Source: Octopus vulgaris
Lineage: Eukaryota
DNA length: 64,000 nt
Assembly: GCA_951406725.2 (NCBI GenBank)
Contig: OX597814.1
Location: 90,892,001-90,956,000 of the forward strand
Direction: 5' to 3'
Numbering within the stretch: position 1 is the first letter of the stretch; each line of letters starts with the position of its first letter. Shown piece by piece: positions 13,204-27,101 of the stretch. Position numbers and translations under genes: made by a program. Below the pieces are notes generated by a model. The model saw nothing but the letters and a program-made list of their open reading frames with translations, made no database searches and was not told where the DNA came from.

Positions 13204-14209
13204 CATTAGAGCAGGCTCGTAAATAAGGGCCGACTTCCTGCATTAGCGCGAAAGGTAGTGCATCTAATTACAATTCCATCATTAGTTTACATGATTCATA
13301 TTACTATATACATCTTTGTATGTACACCGTCATAATAACATGCAAACACACACTCACACAAACACACACACATACAAACACACACACACATACAAACACA
13401 CACACATACAAACACACACATATACAAACACACACCCACACACACATATTCGAAGCCAGATTATGTAAACATGCAAACATATATATATATATATATATAT
13501 ATTCATGACAGGGCAACCCGACGCTATATATTTCCACAGTACAAAACATACCATCACTCACATTTTATCTTGCAATATTACTGCACAACATGCAAAAGCA
13601 TTCTCAAGCAAACTGAGGGGGGGTAGAGCTTCTTATTTTTGAAATTGACATGATGACGCAATTACGTTTTAGATAAAAAGGTTTTTCCTTCATTCTTACA
13701 CTCTTATCCACCTGTCAATTCATTAAGGTCTTTCTTCTGTTTCACTCCGCCATCTCGTGTTTCCCCTCGCCTTAATCTCATCTTTATATGGTTCTCCTCA
13801 TTTCACCCTTCTACATTTCTACTTTCTTCCACTGCTCGTCTTAAACATTCTTGCTCATGTATGAAGCTCACGTAGTTCAGCATTTCTTATAAGTTGGTGC
13901 TAGATTGCTGTTTCCCCTGCAGAAAATTCTATCCAAAATGTTGGACCCTCTCAACTGTAAGGTCACTGCACTCATTTCATTGATGGCGCCATACATGTCG
14001 AGCCGAAGCAAACACACTTTAACAAGTTTGCTGTCTGTTTGATCATACATTCTTACACACACAGACACACGCAAACACACACACATACACAAAAACACAC
14101 ATAAACACACACACTTATATGCATACACACATGCATACTTACATACATATATATATGTATATATATATATATATATATGTATATATAACACACACACACA
14201 TATATATAC

Positions 14210-14252
<43 letters not shown>

Positions 14253-14616
14253 ACTGTTTTGTCAATTTGCCAACGTGTTTGTTTGTTTATAAAAACAACA
14301 TTGATCTCAATCACCTGCAATAATATCTGTAGAAACAATTTCATGTGTGGTCGATGTTCTTCTGCTGTGGAATTTAACACTTTTACTGGAATATTTGTAC
14401 GAATGAAACCTCTTTCATCGAATCAATTATACCGTTCATGAAATTACTAATAGAGAAGCTGGTATTCGTTATAGTCTGTGTTGTAGAAAATAAATTACTT
14501 ATAAATTTGACCTGGGAGGACATTCGATAATAAAAGTTTTAAAAAGTATTACTCGAGGAAAAATTTAATAGAAAGCGATATAGAAGATTAAGTGGACAGG
14601 GTGAAATCTCTAAATA

Positions 14617-14810
14617 TTGATTTCAAATGTCGGCACGAGGCCAGCAAGTTTGGGTGGAGTCAATTATATCCATCCTAGTTCTCAACTGGTACTTAATTTA
14701 TCGACCCCGCGAAGCAGGATGGCAATGATGAACTTATCAACGCGAACAAAATGCCGCTAAGCATTTTGCTGGCATTTTAACGATTTTGCCAGCTGGCTTC
14801 TGGCCGCCTT
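14617..14810 (-). mobile_element. SINE family A copy
   Basis: CAACTGGTACTTAATTTATCGACCCC..AAATGCCGCTAAGCATTTTG matches the family. Confidence 0.8.
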
Positions 14811-15419
14811 GAAATCTCTTAATATTGAGTTATATTAATTTTACTGTCAATCGCCTGCAGATAATGACCAGGTTTGTAGTGCTTCGTTTTCATTTTCCTC
14901 AGTATTATACCCGGAGCATTATCCCCCATGATTTCTTTGCCAGTCAGATTATAGGATACAATTAATTATCGTGCTCGCACAGCGTAACATTGTTGACTAG
15001 TACACAATTAAATGCAAGGAAGGTGTTCGTGTGATCGTGCACAATCATGACAAATAACTGTAAGAAATACTTTTATTTTTTTAATCGTTGCTATCATCTC
15101 CATGACAGTACCAACAATATCTCTAATCTTCAACTGTTCACAATGGTATGAATAAGCAAATATCGATGTGAGTTGCTTATTATTAGGTAGCTAAAAATTT
15201 CAGAGGATTCGAAGAAACAATCGATTCTCATGCTTCTAACTTTCATAGAGTTTCATTTGTCCGCATTTGTTCCCCTTAATTGTCACTATGTTAGTTGTAC
15301 CAAGAGCTCGTTCTTAATTAGAAGGTTAATTTTGAAAAACAAGATCATTTAATCCCAGTTATGCCAGTATATATATCTATATCTACATCTTGTTGTGACT
15401 GAGGAGAGTCACTCTATTT

Positions 15420-15529
<110 letters not shown>

Positions 15530-15697
15530 CGCTAAATCCACATTTTTTTCTTTGTGTTTACCTCCTCGTGTTTCTTTCTATTGAAGAGCGTAGGCTCGAA
15601 ACATAAAGGACTTTCTCATTTTCTCCAGCGTCAAACTAATACACCTACTTGTTGTTTATACTCCTATCTTCATCTTTTTTCTGTAAATTTCAACTAT
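15530..15697 (+). mobile_element. Solo PLE terminal repeat with a decayed minimal hammerhead (15574-15609)
   Basis: CTTT-CTATTGA-A-GAGC-GTAG-GCTC-GAA-ACAT-A-AAGG, homologous to 53200-53365 and flanked by TA tracts. Confidence 0.7.
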
Positions 15698-15709
15698 ATA
15701 TATATATAT

Positions 15710-16860
15710 ATTGTTGTGTCTGGGGAGAGTCATTCTCTTTTAGCGCCTTATTATTTAACACATTTAACGGTTACGTTTCCACTCATTTATGTATATTTTC
15801 TAAAATTTTCTTTTGTCTTGCAACCTTCTCAATAGGCGTTGGCTCTGTCCGCTATCGGAGCTGCGTTCTTTTTGTTTGTTTGTGTTTGTATGCGTATGTG
15901 TGTCTGTGTTTGCATGTGTGTGTGCACCTCTGTTTCCTTGTCTGTGCATGTCTGAGTGTGTCTGGGTATGGGTTTTGTGACCATGAACTGCGTTTTTTAT
16001 GTACTTATGTGTGTCTTCATTTGTGTCCTTGTGTCCAGTGAAGTGTGTGTGTGTGTGTGTGTGCGAGTGTATATGGTCATGTGTTTCTGTCTTTATTTGC
16101 GTATGTATGTGTGTATGTACCTGTTCATATTGTCTATATACCAATCTACCTGTATGTCTATCTGTTTACATTCATATCCATTTATCTATATATATGTGCA
16201 TATAAGTATATACATATATATGTACACTTATATACAAACACACAACCATGCATACATCTACATAACAGACCACTAACTACTCTACCTGTATATATACACT
16301 GTGGTTATAGGGATATGACTAGCTACTACGTATATTTCCTATTTAGTACTGGGGATGTTTCATTAATGAGGACGTACTCCTATATCTTCTGTGTGTTGGT
16401 TCCTTCGGGAGCTTGGATTAAATGCGGATGTCAAGGGGACCCAGGTTCCTTCCATGTTGGTCCTTGGCATTTTGGTAGAGTATGGAGGACTGTTTTTTGT
16501 CATTATATTGTCTCAAAGTTTCATTTAGTCTTTCCTCAATGCTTTTAGATGTCTCACCAATGTATGTCATGTTTTTGCCTTTAGAAGCACCTTCTATGCC
16601 CCATATACTGTAGACAGCATTTCTAGTCCTGCATACCATGCAGTTATCATTGGTGCATATGAGATTCTCAAAGGGGTACGTCCTACATTGTTGTTATCTG
16701 ATGGACCTCCCTGGCATTTCAACGATCTTAGTGTTGAGTTTGGCCTACCTCACTTCTAGATATTTGTCGGTCTTGTACCACATGTTCACCCTGTTTGCTT
16801 TGTCACAAACTCTTTGTATTCTATTCCAGTCTTTACTTCTACATCTAGGGCAGGTAATGT
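15710..16860 (-). mobile_element. Penelope-like retroelement 3' fragment (GIY-YIG endonuclease pseudogene plus CA-rich tail)
   Basis: Minus strand CTNDNCMVCRTRNAVYSIW...MTYIGETSKSIEERLNE..(H) gives a Cys linker plus the GIY-YIG signature (AVY..YIGET..R) at ~16418-16660. Confidence 0.85.
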
Positions 16861-17214
16861 TTGTTTCTCAATAAATATAATTTCTGTTAATCTAAAAAAA
16901 AAGAGAAATTCTAAATCTAAACTACAATGTGGTGTTTTAGTGATATGCTTTACACTTCTAATAATAGAGAACACATTTTGCACCAAGGATATAATACGAA
17001 TATCGTGTTGTACTATTTATTTGGGATAACTATAATAAAATTATAATAAGCGATTTGTTCCATTTTTGTTGTAATCAGAGATTTGTATATTATTTTATTG
17101 CCATTCAAATTAATGGAAATCAATATCAAATTAACCGTTCAGACCTCCGAAGTAAAAAATTAAGAAAAAATTTCAATCAAATTTCCGAATTTATATCAGT
17201 CGGTCTTATGAACA

Positions 17215-17505
17215 GTGTTTGATCGAGCGTCATGATTTAAATAAATATCTCGAATACGTTTTAGGTCAGATATGGTTAATCATTTATAGATTGTGTTTAT
17301 GAAAATCAATAATAAACAATGTGATTTACAAATAGTGAAATAAAGCAGTGTGATTCAAGATACTTAAAACATAAATAACTGAAGAGAATTATGACTGTAA
17401 ATTTGGAACAACTATTAAGTTCCATTTGAAAGTACAGTATTGATCTGTCAGCATTTATTTACTCGGATTTACGTTGTTATTGCAAGTGCAGTACCACAAA
17501 GAAAT
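17215..17505 (+). repeat. Old direct repeat, copy 1 (copy 2 at ~19180-19487)
   Basis: Shared collinear blocks TTAATCATTTATAGATTGT, GAAATCAATA/GAAAATCAATA, GTGTGATTC, ATTGATCT, TTTATTTACTCGG.TTTACGTT.TTATTG. Confidence 0.85.
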
Positions 17506-17791
17506 AAAAAAGGAAAACAAAGATAAAAAAGAGTCTATCCTACAGTCTCAAAGGAACGTGATCATTGATATGAATCAAGAACTGTGGTTTCTCAGTACGA
17601 AATATTATCCACGTAGTAATTTAGCAGCGAAGCTTTTACACATAGAAAAAGACGGACTACACCCAGACTGACAAATGTTTATAAGCGTATTTGTGCATCC
17701 ACACACGTACAACCACACATATATATGTATATACATTTGTGTGTGTTACACTTTATGTCTCTTTTTCTGTGTGTGTGTATATATATATGTA

Positions 17792-17823
<32 letters not shown>

Positions 17824-17939
17824 CGGTGTGTGTGTGTATATATACACATATGTGTGTGTGTATCTGTGCATTTAATTATATGCGTTTGATCAGCATCTTA
17901 AGGTCAAATGTTGAACAATATAGCAAATAGGTAGTACTT

Positions 17940-18395
17940 GTATAGTTGAGTGAAAAAAGTTCGCATTGCGTCCATGTGGTCTGATTTCAGTCCCCTGCGT
18001 GGAGCCGGGGAGGATTGTATTCTACTATAGCTCTGCTTTAACCAATGCGCTTTGAGTGAATTTTGAATGTATTGAACGAAAACTTTGACGAAGCCCGTCA
18101 TTATGTGTGTGTGTGAGTGTGTTTGTGTATGCGCATGTGTGTGCGTGTGTGCGTGAGCGTGTGAGTGTGTGTTAGGTATGTGAGTGTATCTTTTGGGTGT
18201 CTATTTTGTGTATTTGTGTTGTACACCCACCAGTTGAGGATCGACGTTGCTTTCCTTATGCTACCGTTATTTAGCGAGATGAGAGAATGATAGAAAAATA
18301 CCACAATTAAAATTATTACTGGGACTGATTTATTCGACTAAAACCCTTGAATTTCATGTCCTAGCATAGACACTGTTCAAGGGATGAAATAAATA
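17940..18395 (+). mobile_element. SINE family B, old near-full-length copy with internal (GT)n
   Basis: Head (TTCAGTCCCCTGCGTGG..TCTACTATAGC..TTTGAGTGAATTTT..GAAGCCCGTC), a (GT)n spacer, then a decayed tail. Confidence 0.65.
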
Positions 18396-18403
18396 TGAAT
18401 GTA

Positions 18404-18438
<35 letters not shown>

Positions 18439-18440
<2 letters not shown>

Positions 18441-18590
18441 TTCTATGTTTCTGACGAAGAGCTCCGCTCGAAACGTTAAATCATCCTTCTTTCTTCCTTC
18501 TTTCCTTTCCTGAACGTCCCATAACACGATAATTGTTCCACGACCTACCGTTGTTGTGTTTTCTCTTTATGTTTTCATGTTTGGCTTCAC

Positions 18591-18592
<2 letters not shown>
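18439..18592 (+). mobile_element. Solo ~150 bp PLE-type terminal repeat in (TA)n
   Basis: Short unique segment between two TA tracts. It begins with a hammerhead motif and is organised like 15530-15697. Confidence 0.7.
18445..18484 (+). ncRNA. Minimal type I hammerhead motif with canonical core
   Basis: ATGTTT-CTGACGA-A-GAGC-TCC-GCTC-GAA-ACGT-T-AAATCAT; GUU site, weak stem I. Confidence 0.7.
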
Positions 18593-18687
<95 letters not shown>

Positions 18688-19179
18688 GTATGTGTGTGTA
18701 TGTGTGTGTATGTCTGTTTGGGTGTACACACATTTTTAAAGTTATATACTGTAGAAAGTAGAAAGTGTAATCAGTACATGAAAACTAGTAATGTTTCACC
18801 TTATTGCTTCGTAGGTGTTCTGGTTATGTGCTTTCTATCAGGTAATATCCAACTTTATATCTTACGCTGATAATATGTCGGTCCTTTCTGTTCTAGGAAA
18901 CCAGATAGAACCGTTCATTGCATTCAAGGAGATTCTGTTGTTACTGCGCTCTAAAGCTAGCCTCCCCGCAAATGTCCGGAATTATCGATGTGGGTTTGCC
19001 AAGATTGAGAATTTTCCTGTGGTTTTTCAGATTATGGTAACCCATCGTCTTCTAATGGAATTCTTCGAAATGGGTCATCATTATCGAATTATTTGATGAT
19101 TAGATCTGCATAACAAGTATAATAATAAATCATTTATTAAAATTAAGTGTTGCGAATATTTTATTTCATCCTTTGAATG

Positions 19180-19487
19180 ATGTTTCGTCGAGTGTAACCA
19201 TTCAGATAAATATACAGAATGTCTGAAGTCAGATAGCATTAATCATTTATAGATTGTATTCATCGAAATCAATATTAAGCAATATAATTTCCATACGTTG
19301 AAATAAAAACGTGTGATTCCAGTATTCATAAAACAAAATATAAATAAGTCAAAAGAATTGTGTGTGCTTTGGGAAGAAATATTAACAAGAAATATTAAGC
19401 AACATTTGAAACTAGAGCATTGATCTTGCACCGTTTATTTACTCGGCTTTACGTTATTATTGAATGTGCAATATCACAAGTAAATAG
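19180..19487 (+). repeat. Old direct repeat, copy 2
   Basis: Collinear with 17215-17505. Confidence 0.85.
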
Positions 19488-20189
19488 TATATAATGAAGG
19501 GTCTGGGCTGCTGTAAAAAAGAACGTATTCCCCGATCAAAACAAAATAGATTAATAATCATGATGTCCAAGCGCAAAATATTCACTTGAAAATTTGAAGA
19601 TTTGAGGGAGAATGATATTTTCTACTTTTTTCCATACCTTTTTCTCCCTCTCTTTCATTCTTTTCACCTCTGAATCATACATACGAATGTAGATCCTCAC
19701 AAATATAGAACAATGAAGATAGCCATCAATACTCAAAATACGATAATATAATATATTTGTAATATAGGCAGATGGATTCAAATTTGAGATGAAACTTAAT
19801 TATTATATCAAGTATCTTATCAAATCCAGAGAAGAGAAAGACAAATCTGGCCATGGCATCTAGAACATACTGAATATAATCGTATAATACAAAGATTGAA
19901 CTCATACACTGCTTGTTAATTGTTATGATGTCACTTGTTCGGGATTTTTGAAGTTGGCGACTCAGACTCGTATTGCCGCTTAGTCAAAATATTTATTCTT
20001 TGTGATGATTGATAGTGTTCTGGACATTTGACGGGGTTTCAGGTAGTGTTTATTCTCGTCTAACCTTTCAAATGAACATGGAAATTTCTTTGATGTAAAT
20101 AGGAGCATGAAGCTCAGAGAATACAACTGTTAAACTACTATTCCTATTTCTCTCTATCTCTCTCTTTCTGCTTGCCTGTCTATCTGTCT

Positions 20190-20995
20190 GTCCTCAAGAT
20201 CATGACCGTGACGGAGATAAAGAAAAAGGAACGGGATCTTTGGCAGTATCAAGTTCACAAAAAATCCACAGGTGTCAAGAAAACTGCGTTTAGAAGGCTT
20301 TTCATGCATTAGGCTCGCCATTTCTCCTCCTCCCACCGGAACCTGCAAACTCTTCACCAATGGTCATTCCTCTTTCTTGTCCACTCTGCCGACAACTATA
20401 TCATCTTTACTGTTACTGCAACTTCACTCACTTATATATCATCATCTTTTCCTCTGTTCCTGGACTCTGACGCATCCACCATAAAAGCTGTAAAAATTTT
20501 AACAGTTTCACTTCCCGATTTCATTATTTTCCCTCCCACTCAATCTTTCAAACCGGTTCATCAACTCATTTTGTGTTTTGTGGGGCAACCTATGCACCTT
20601 AGCAACATTAACTATCTAGTGCAGTCCCGACTGTTCATTTTCTGCTTCTTTCTCCTTCACTCTCCAGATGTGAGTACCCAAGCAAGTCCTCTAATGGGAT
20701 GCCGTTGCTTCCATCATTCTTGCTTATATTTCTGTCCCCACGTCTCATAGCATATAGCTGGTCAAAGTCAGGACTTATACTTGTGAAAGCTGCATGGCGT
20801 CCTCAATATTGATTTTAGCACATGAAATGCATTTAAACCCCGCTCTAAAAGGTTTGAAGTTAGGAAAAACTTGAGTACGTAGAAACAGTAGACACTTGGA
20901 ACATAATATTGTCCTTGGAGTCATTGGATTCTGCCAAACATTTCAATCCATGCGACCAAGTGGCAAGAACTATAAAACACTGAGATGATGTTGAA
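20190..20995 (-). mobile_element. Highly decayed RTE-like LINE 3' fragment
   Basis: Frameshifted minus-strand remnants such as PAICYETW (cf. P.LLYG.ETW) and LLWW (cf. RL.W.GH), followed by a non-coding tail. Confidence 0.55.
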
Positions 20996-21028
20996 ATATC
21001 TATATACATACAAGCATACATACATACA

Positions 21029-21101
<73 letters not shown>

Positions 21102-21599
21102 TATATATATATATTTATATATGTATCTATATAAATATATCATCATCATCATCATCATATTTTTTATCGGCTTTGTTCCCTGGTCGCATATATTATCACT
21201 GTTAAACGTTCGCGTCCTATGGAGGCAAGGGTCAAAAGGAAGTTCAAGAACATCTGATATACACATGGACTTATTTTGGGATGGCTTTATTACGCCTGCT
21301 GCTTTAAAGCGTCGAGAAGATAATTTTTTTTCGTGCTACTTGCAATATTACAACACGCGCGCGCGCACTTTTGCATATTCACTGCTGATATAGATTTTAT
21401 GTTGGTTAGGTAGCAGTTTAGGAATACTCTCCGGTGCTCATATATATTTCACGTGACGTATTTAAGCAACGTCAAAATGATTGATTAGTGTTGGAAATAC
21501 ACAAGTTAAGTAAGAAGTCTGCTACTATAAATAGGAACAAAGTTTGTCTTCGTTTTCTTATTGTACATTCATATTGTTTTATTAACGACTGGCTAAAAT

Positions 21600-22990
21600 A
21601 TCAAATTATCAGGAAACAAGAAAAAGAAAACGATAACTAACTCGCCAGGAAAACAAAGAAATAAAAAGACTGGGAAATAAGTGAAAGATCTAGGAGTGGG
21701 ATAAACGTATTGTACAACGGAGCGCAAATGTCCTGTTCCACCGTGCCTCATGAATACCATATCAAACGCTTTCTCGCGGAAAATGGCCAGCGAGACTCGT
21801 TTCCAACAGCCATCCACTACCGCAGGAAAGTCATCTCTCAGTCGGGACACAGTTATCCCGATTTTACAGAGGAAATCAGCAGTGTGAGGTCTGGTTACAG
21901 CTGCGGTCTCAACAGTGAGCGACACAAACTGAGGACGTCCTCCTTGGCTCCTGTATTTGTTTATCTTCCACTCCTCTGCGTTACGGACGGCAATTCCCGG
22001 GTTTAAGGGCGATACACAAAGTTGGAGCTGGAGAATGTGTCGCAGCAAGTTGCATCCCAGATTAATCATCTTCTTCCCCAGAATGGGAAGAGGGTCATTC
22101 CTTCGAGGTGCTTACCATCACGCGGTAAAGACCGCCTGGCACCATTTATGACGGGGAATCGGCGGCGTCATTTTCCCTTCAGAGTGGCGTATTATGGGAA
22201 CCGGCCATTGTTATGGCTGCTGGATAATTGATGACTATAGGATTTGTGCAGCTCACACACGCAGTGACAGAGGCGCTGATTCATTCAAATGCGACTGCAC
22301 TCATCATCAGGAAGGTAACCGGTTGAAGAGAAGGGCAACGAATTGATCCACGGCCCATATTTGGGTGGAAGGCGAGGTCGTACCGGTCTGAAGATATCTC
22401 TATCAGCTCGAAGGCAGGTTTGCATTTGATGTCGTCCCATTAAGCTGAAAATGTGTCTCATGTCGGTTGTAGGGAAGGTCTTCAACTGTCCTGTCGGCTA
22501 GAGCTGACTCTCGTACCTTGCCACATCGGTTTCAGCTTTAGAGTGAAGCATCTTGCCGGTAAATGTGTCACTGGAGTAGCCTGAGGAAAGATAATCGACA
22601 GAGAGAGGTCCAGTGCAGACGGAGGCCAAGGCCACCTAATTTTATCGGTAGTTCAGCCAGTTGCCAACCGGTGCTGTCAAAACTAACATTGCAGATTAGT
22701 TCAACACAACACCTAATGCTTTTATCGATATAACCGAGGTGATCCGTGAGAAGGTGACACAACGCAATTGCGTAGCGACCAAAGGAGCTTAGGCAGAGTA
22801 AAGCAATTCCTCAATGCATAGAACACAGGATGCCAGTCAATGAGGTGCAATTTCTCAGTTATTGTAGACAACTCTGCAAGCTTTGTCTCTGGTTTCAGCA
22901 ATTTCAGTGGATTTAACATTGTTTCGAGGATTAAATTTTCCCCAAGAAATTATATTCGTTTAGGACAATACGGGGAAACATTTTTTCAAT
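21600..22990 (-). mobile_element. CRE-clade non-LTR retrotransposon fragment (RT thumb plus restriction-like endonuclease)
   Basis: LRNCFTLPKLLWSLR; WQLAELPIKLGGLGLR; GPWINSLP; DGKHLEGMTLFPF..LIWDATCCDT; AEEWKINKY..FVSLTVET..RVSLAIFR, in the order expected for CRE-type ORFs. Confidence 0.85.
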
Positions 22991-23734
22991 AACTGTTTCA
23001 GGATCAATTGTTCTTCCTAGTTTCATAAATGTTTGGTGGCTGCGACCATAATATTCCAAGTAATGGAAACACATTCGATTTCGAACACTTTTAAGTTACT
23101 ACATGAATTGGGACAGTGGTCTGAACTGTCTTAATATTAATCAGTAATATCTGCATACATCAGTCTTTAAATATATTTGCAGTTGACCGAATGTGTTGCT
23201 TCACTACATCCTCTAAGGACGTTCTGTTTGAATGTTATTCATATCACCGCGCCTTAAAGACGTACAATTACCATTCAAGGATTTCAATAAATGAAATTTA
23301 GTTGTAGCGTGAGATTGACTTGTGAATCTTAATTTATAGTATAGACACTTAGACCATAAAAAGTACAGTTTAACTTTGTAATAATTGAGTAGCATTTACC
23401 TATTGTATACAAATAGGATTTTGTCAGTGGCATGCATTTACTGTCAGTAGTATCTGCTAAATACACTTTGAATAGGATACTGGAATAAATTTCACTTAGC
23501 TTTCTTCGCAGCTGTTACAATGAACCTTATAAATTACCTTCGGCATTTCTCGATTGTTCTTCAGTATAAATATTGAGCAGGTCATACAGACGCACATATT
23601 CATACAAACGCGTGTGTACACATGTATACAAATACGCACTCATAAATAGCAAGTGCTTTAAGAGTAACTGGTTCCAATTCTAAACTGTACATATTTATAT
23701 ACAATTTAAGCAAGAAATTGGAAATCAAATTGTA

Positions 23735-23900
23735 GGGGCAGACGCGTTTATGTGGTAAAAATTTTGTTTCCCAACTACATGGTCTCTGATTCAGTTGCAC
23801 TTCATAGTACCTTGGGGAAATGTATTCTACTCAAGCCTTGGGCCGACCAAAGCTCTTTGAGTGGATTTTGTAGACGGAAACTGAAAGAAGCCCATCGTAT
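23735..23900 (+). mobile_element. SINE family B, 5' half
   Basis: TGTGGTAA..CCCAACTACATGG..GGCCGACCAAAG..GAGTGGATTTTGTAGACGGAAACTGAAAGAAGCCCATCG. Confidence 0.85.
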
Positions 23901-26900
23901 ATATATATACATACACATACAACATACTTTATCAACTTTTTGCCGGCTTTCTTGCAGCTATTGCACATACATAGAGTATGAAACATCAGTATTTATCTCT
24001 TACATGCTATCCCTGTCTTTCTTCTACTAGAGAAAATTGGTTTCTGTCTCTTTTTCTTTCTCTTGTCTCTCTACCGACTTCTCATTCTCTGTTTCTTTGG
24101 CTCATTCCGTAAAAAATTTATTTGTTTATACTTTGAAGAGAGCAGAAATTGAAAGAAAAGAGAAAGCGAAGGAGGAAAAGAGAGCAGAAAGTGAAGGAGT
24201 TTTCAAAGTGAAAGATGCATGTACGTGTATATGAAAAGGATGTGCGTGTGTGTGTGTGTATGTGTGTGCAATAGAGGGAGAGAGAGAGAGAGGGAGGAAG
24301 AAAGAAAGAAAGACAGAAAGACAGAGAGAATGAGTGTGTGAATGTGTGTGTCGTGGTGATGGATGTCTTTTAAGGTACACACCCATATAGAAAATGTGAC
24401 GTTATCTTCGTCGTATAAAATGTTTACAATAGTTGACTTATGGAAAATCTGTTAAATTTTTGCAATGCTAATATGGGAATGAATATAAAGTTTAGTTGGT
24501 AGTGGAAATATTTCTGAATCTTTTGATACTCCATGCGTCAAAATCAGTAACTCGATTTTGGAATGCATAAGGAACATATGCGCGCGCACACACACACACA
24601 CAAACATGCACACATGCACATACACACACACACATATATGTTTGCAGAAAAAGAAGGATGAACTAAGGTAGTTAATGTTGCTTAGTTGAGTTTCATCTGA
24701 TTTCTGTATATTTTGTTGCAGGTCATAGAAATATTTTATAGACATTTACATGTGGAAGATGTATGTATTTTAGGCCTTGTACGAATTCTCCGAGTGCTAT
24801 CGTGTTGTTTACTTTTAGGTGATATGAACTTGCTAATTCCACTAATTCGTCATCATTCTTCTCTCTTGTCTACTGCATTTCTTCTAACATATACCTTCTA
24901 TTAATATTAATCGCCATTGAACGAATCTTACTGCACGCTTGCTTCGAATTTAAGGTTTGATATTCATCCCATAGATTATGTCAGCAGTCATAACTAGAGT
25001 TTTATGTGTGTATGGTGTAGGCAAAATTAAACTTTCTGTATGTCTTCGATAGCAAGTGAGCTCAACCGATGCCGGGCCAGAGCTCAGCAACGAAAATATT
25101 GTAAAAAAAAAAAAGACTGAAAAACTACTTAATTTGAACGATAACAATCTTATCAATATTCCTCCCGTCCTCCACTATCTGCGTCAATTTCACATCAAGG
25201 GGAAAAGTTCTATCATATGCGTGCAGGTTGTGCAACATATAAAGATTAAATTACATAAATTTTATAAACAACATTTGAAAGAAGAAATTAATTTATTACA
25301 GCTCAACTGAATAAATATCTTAATAAATGAATGTGTCATAAAATAGACAGCTGGAATTAACATTACTTGTAAAGCTGAATGACCAACTTTTATAGATTAA
25401 TTGTTGTCAGTAACATGTTTACAAAGCTGCAAAAAGTTGACATTCACAATTATGCTCATTGAAAACCGTTGCATATTGTATTCCTATAGCGTGCTTAAAT
25501 TAAATTAGTTCTTGCTGGCTGAGATAAATCAAGGATTTTATTTAAATAACCACTTTTTAATATTTCCAGTAAGTTGAATATATATAATTGTTATCTAGAT
25601 ATTATATAAGAGTGCTTAAGTTGTCTTTTTCGAAATTTCATATGTAAGTGCTTCAAGAATAATTCTTTGATGCTTTAAGATTCAATTAATCGTAATTAAT
25701 ATTACAGAGTTAACACTTACGTATATATCTACAATATAATAGCCTACAGAAAAGTTTCAACAACCATGAAATGCTAACTATACTGAATGACCAGATGAAA
25801 GAAGCATTGCTTCGATTTGGAGTGGTGTTGCTTCTAATCATGCAACATTCTTACGCAAGATCTGAAGAAATGTTCAGATAATTACCTTGGCATTCTTCAC
25901 CAATAGGTCTTCTGTCCAATCGTCTAGGTATTTTCTATTGTTTCTCTCCTTTACTACTAAGAAGCATACAATGTAATATATCCAATCTGATATAATTCCG
26001 AGGAGACAGTATTGGTAGGAGGTGGAGTGAGCATAAAGAATATGGTTAAAAGTGCATCATCGAAATCCAACCAATGTAAAATTAAAACAAGGATGATTTC
26101 TTTTATAGTTTTATTACCTTTAAAAGAAAACAACTCATGTGTAAGAGTATTGACCCAGAATAATACAGTCGCTATAGTAACATTGAATATTGAGGACCCA
26201 AATTTATATTTCTTTTTATATGCATATGGCGGCATGCGTACACTTTGGTCTCTTATATGTAAGTACACGCACACACACATATTTATATATATTGTATGAC
26301 TCTCTTATTCTTTCATTTTTTCTTTCCATCAGCTCCTTCACACTAACTTCGTTCTCTCTACTCTCCTTTCCTTCGTTCCCCCTCTCTCACTTTTCCTGCC
26401 TTTCTCTTCATTCTCACCTTCCCTCCTCTTTCACTTCACTCTATCTCTTTTCTTTATTTCTCGTCCATCCCTATTCAACTATCCCTCTGCCTCAAGTTTC
26501 CTCCCACCGGTGTTCAGCCAAGCCTGACCATTTTTTCTTTGTTCGACTACCATACATGCAACATCTATTTTCCCTCCCATGCCTCTCATCTTTTATATCC
26601 CTGCTGTAAAGCTTCACTTCCACACACCCAGCTTAATTTAATTTGTCGTTAGTCGAAAGACACCTGTCGTTAATGACCTTATATTTGCATTTGTATTTGT
26701 GTACTATTTTCCCGTTTTTTTCCGTTCTCGTTTTCGTAAACATTCGTTTCTTTCTTCCAAGGAATGTAGTGCTCGTAGCTTAGCTTTTCCTTGGAGCTCG
26801 CCAGATTGGAGCAATCTCGAGTATAATCAGCCAAAATTGCAAAGGTAGCTCGACTGAGGAATGAAAACTCCGAATGCCCCGTCATTCTTTTTTCTTGTCT

Positions 26901-27027
26901 CTTTTTTTGTATCATGTGTCAGGATGTTTTGCGTTCTTGTCCCTTTTTTGCATTCCTTTGTATATATATGTAATATCATTTTTCTGAATCTTCGGATATT
27001 CCTATATGTAGACCACTGGTTATAAAT

Positions 27028-27101
<74 letters not shown>

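Noticed and set aside
25771-25881. Short ORF with signal-peptide-like stretch (MKEALLRFGVVLLLIMQHSYA)
   Set aside because: It stops a few codons later, has no valid splice donor and has no supporting exons.
26850-26886. CTGAGGA..TCCGAAT..GTC hammerhead-like string
   Set aside because: GAAA is incomplete and stems I and III do not pair. The surrounding 26300-26960 may still be a repeat terminus.
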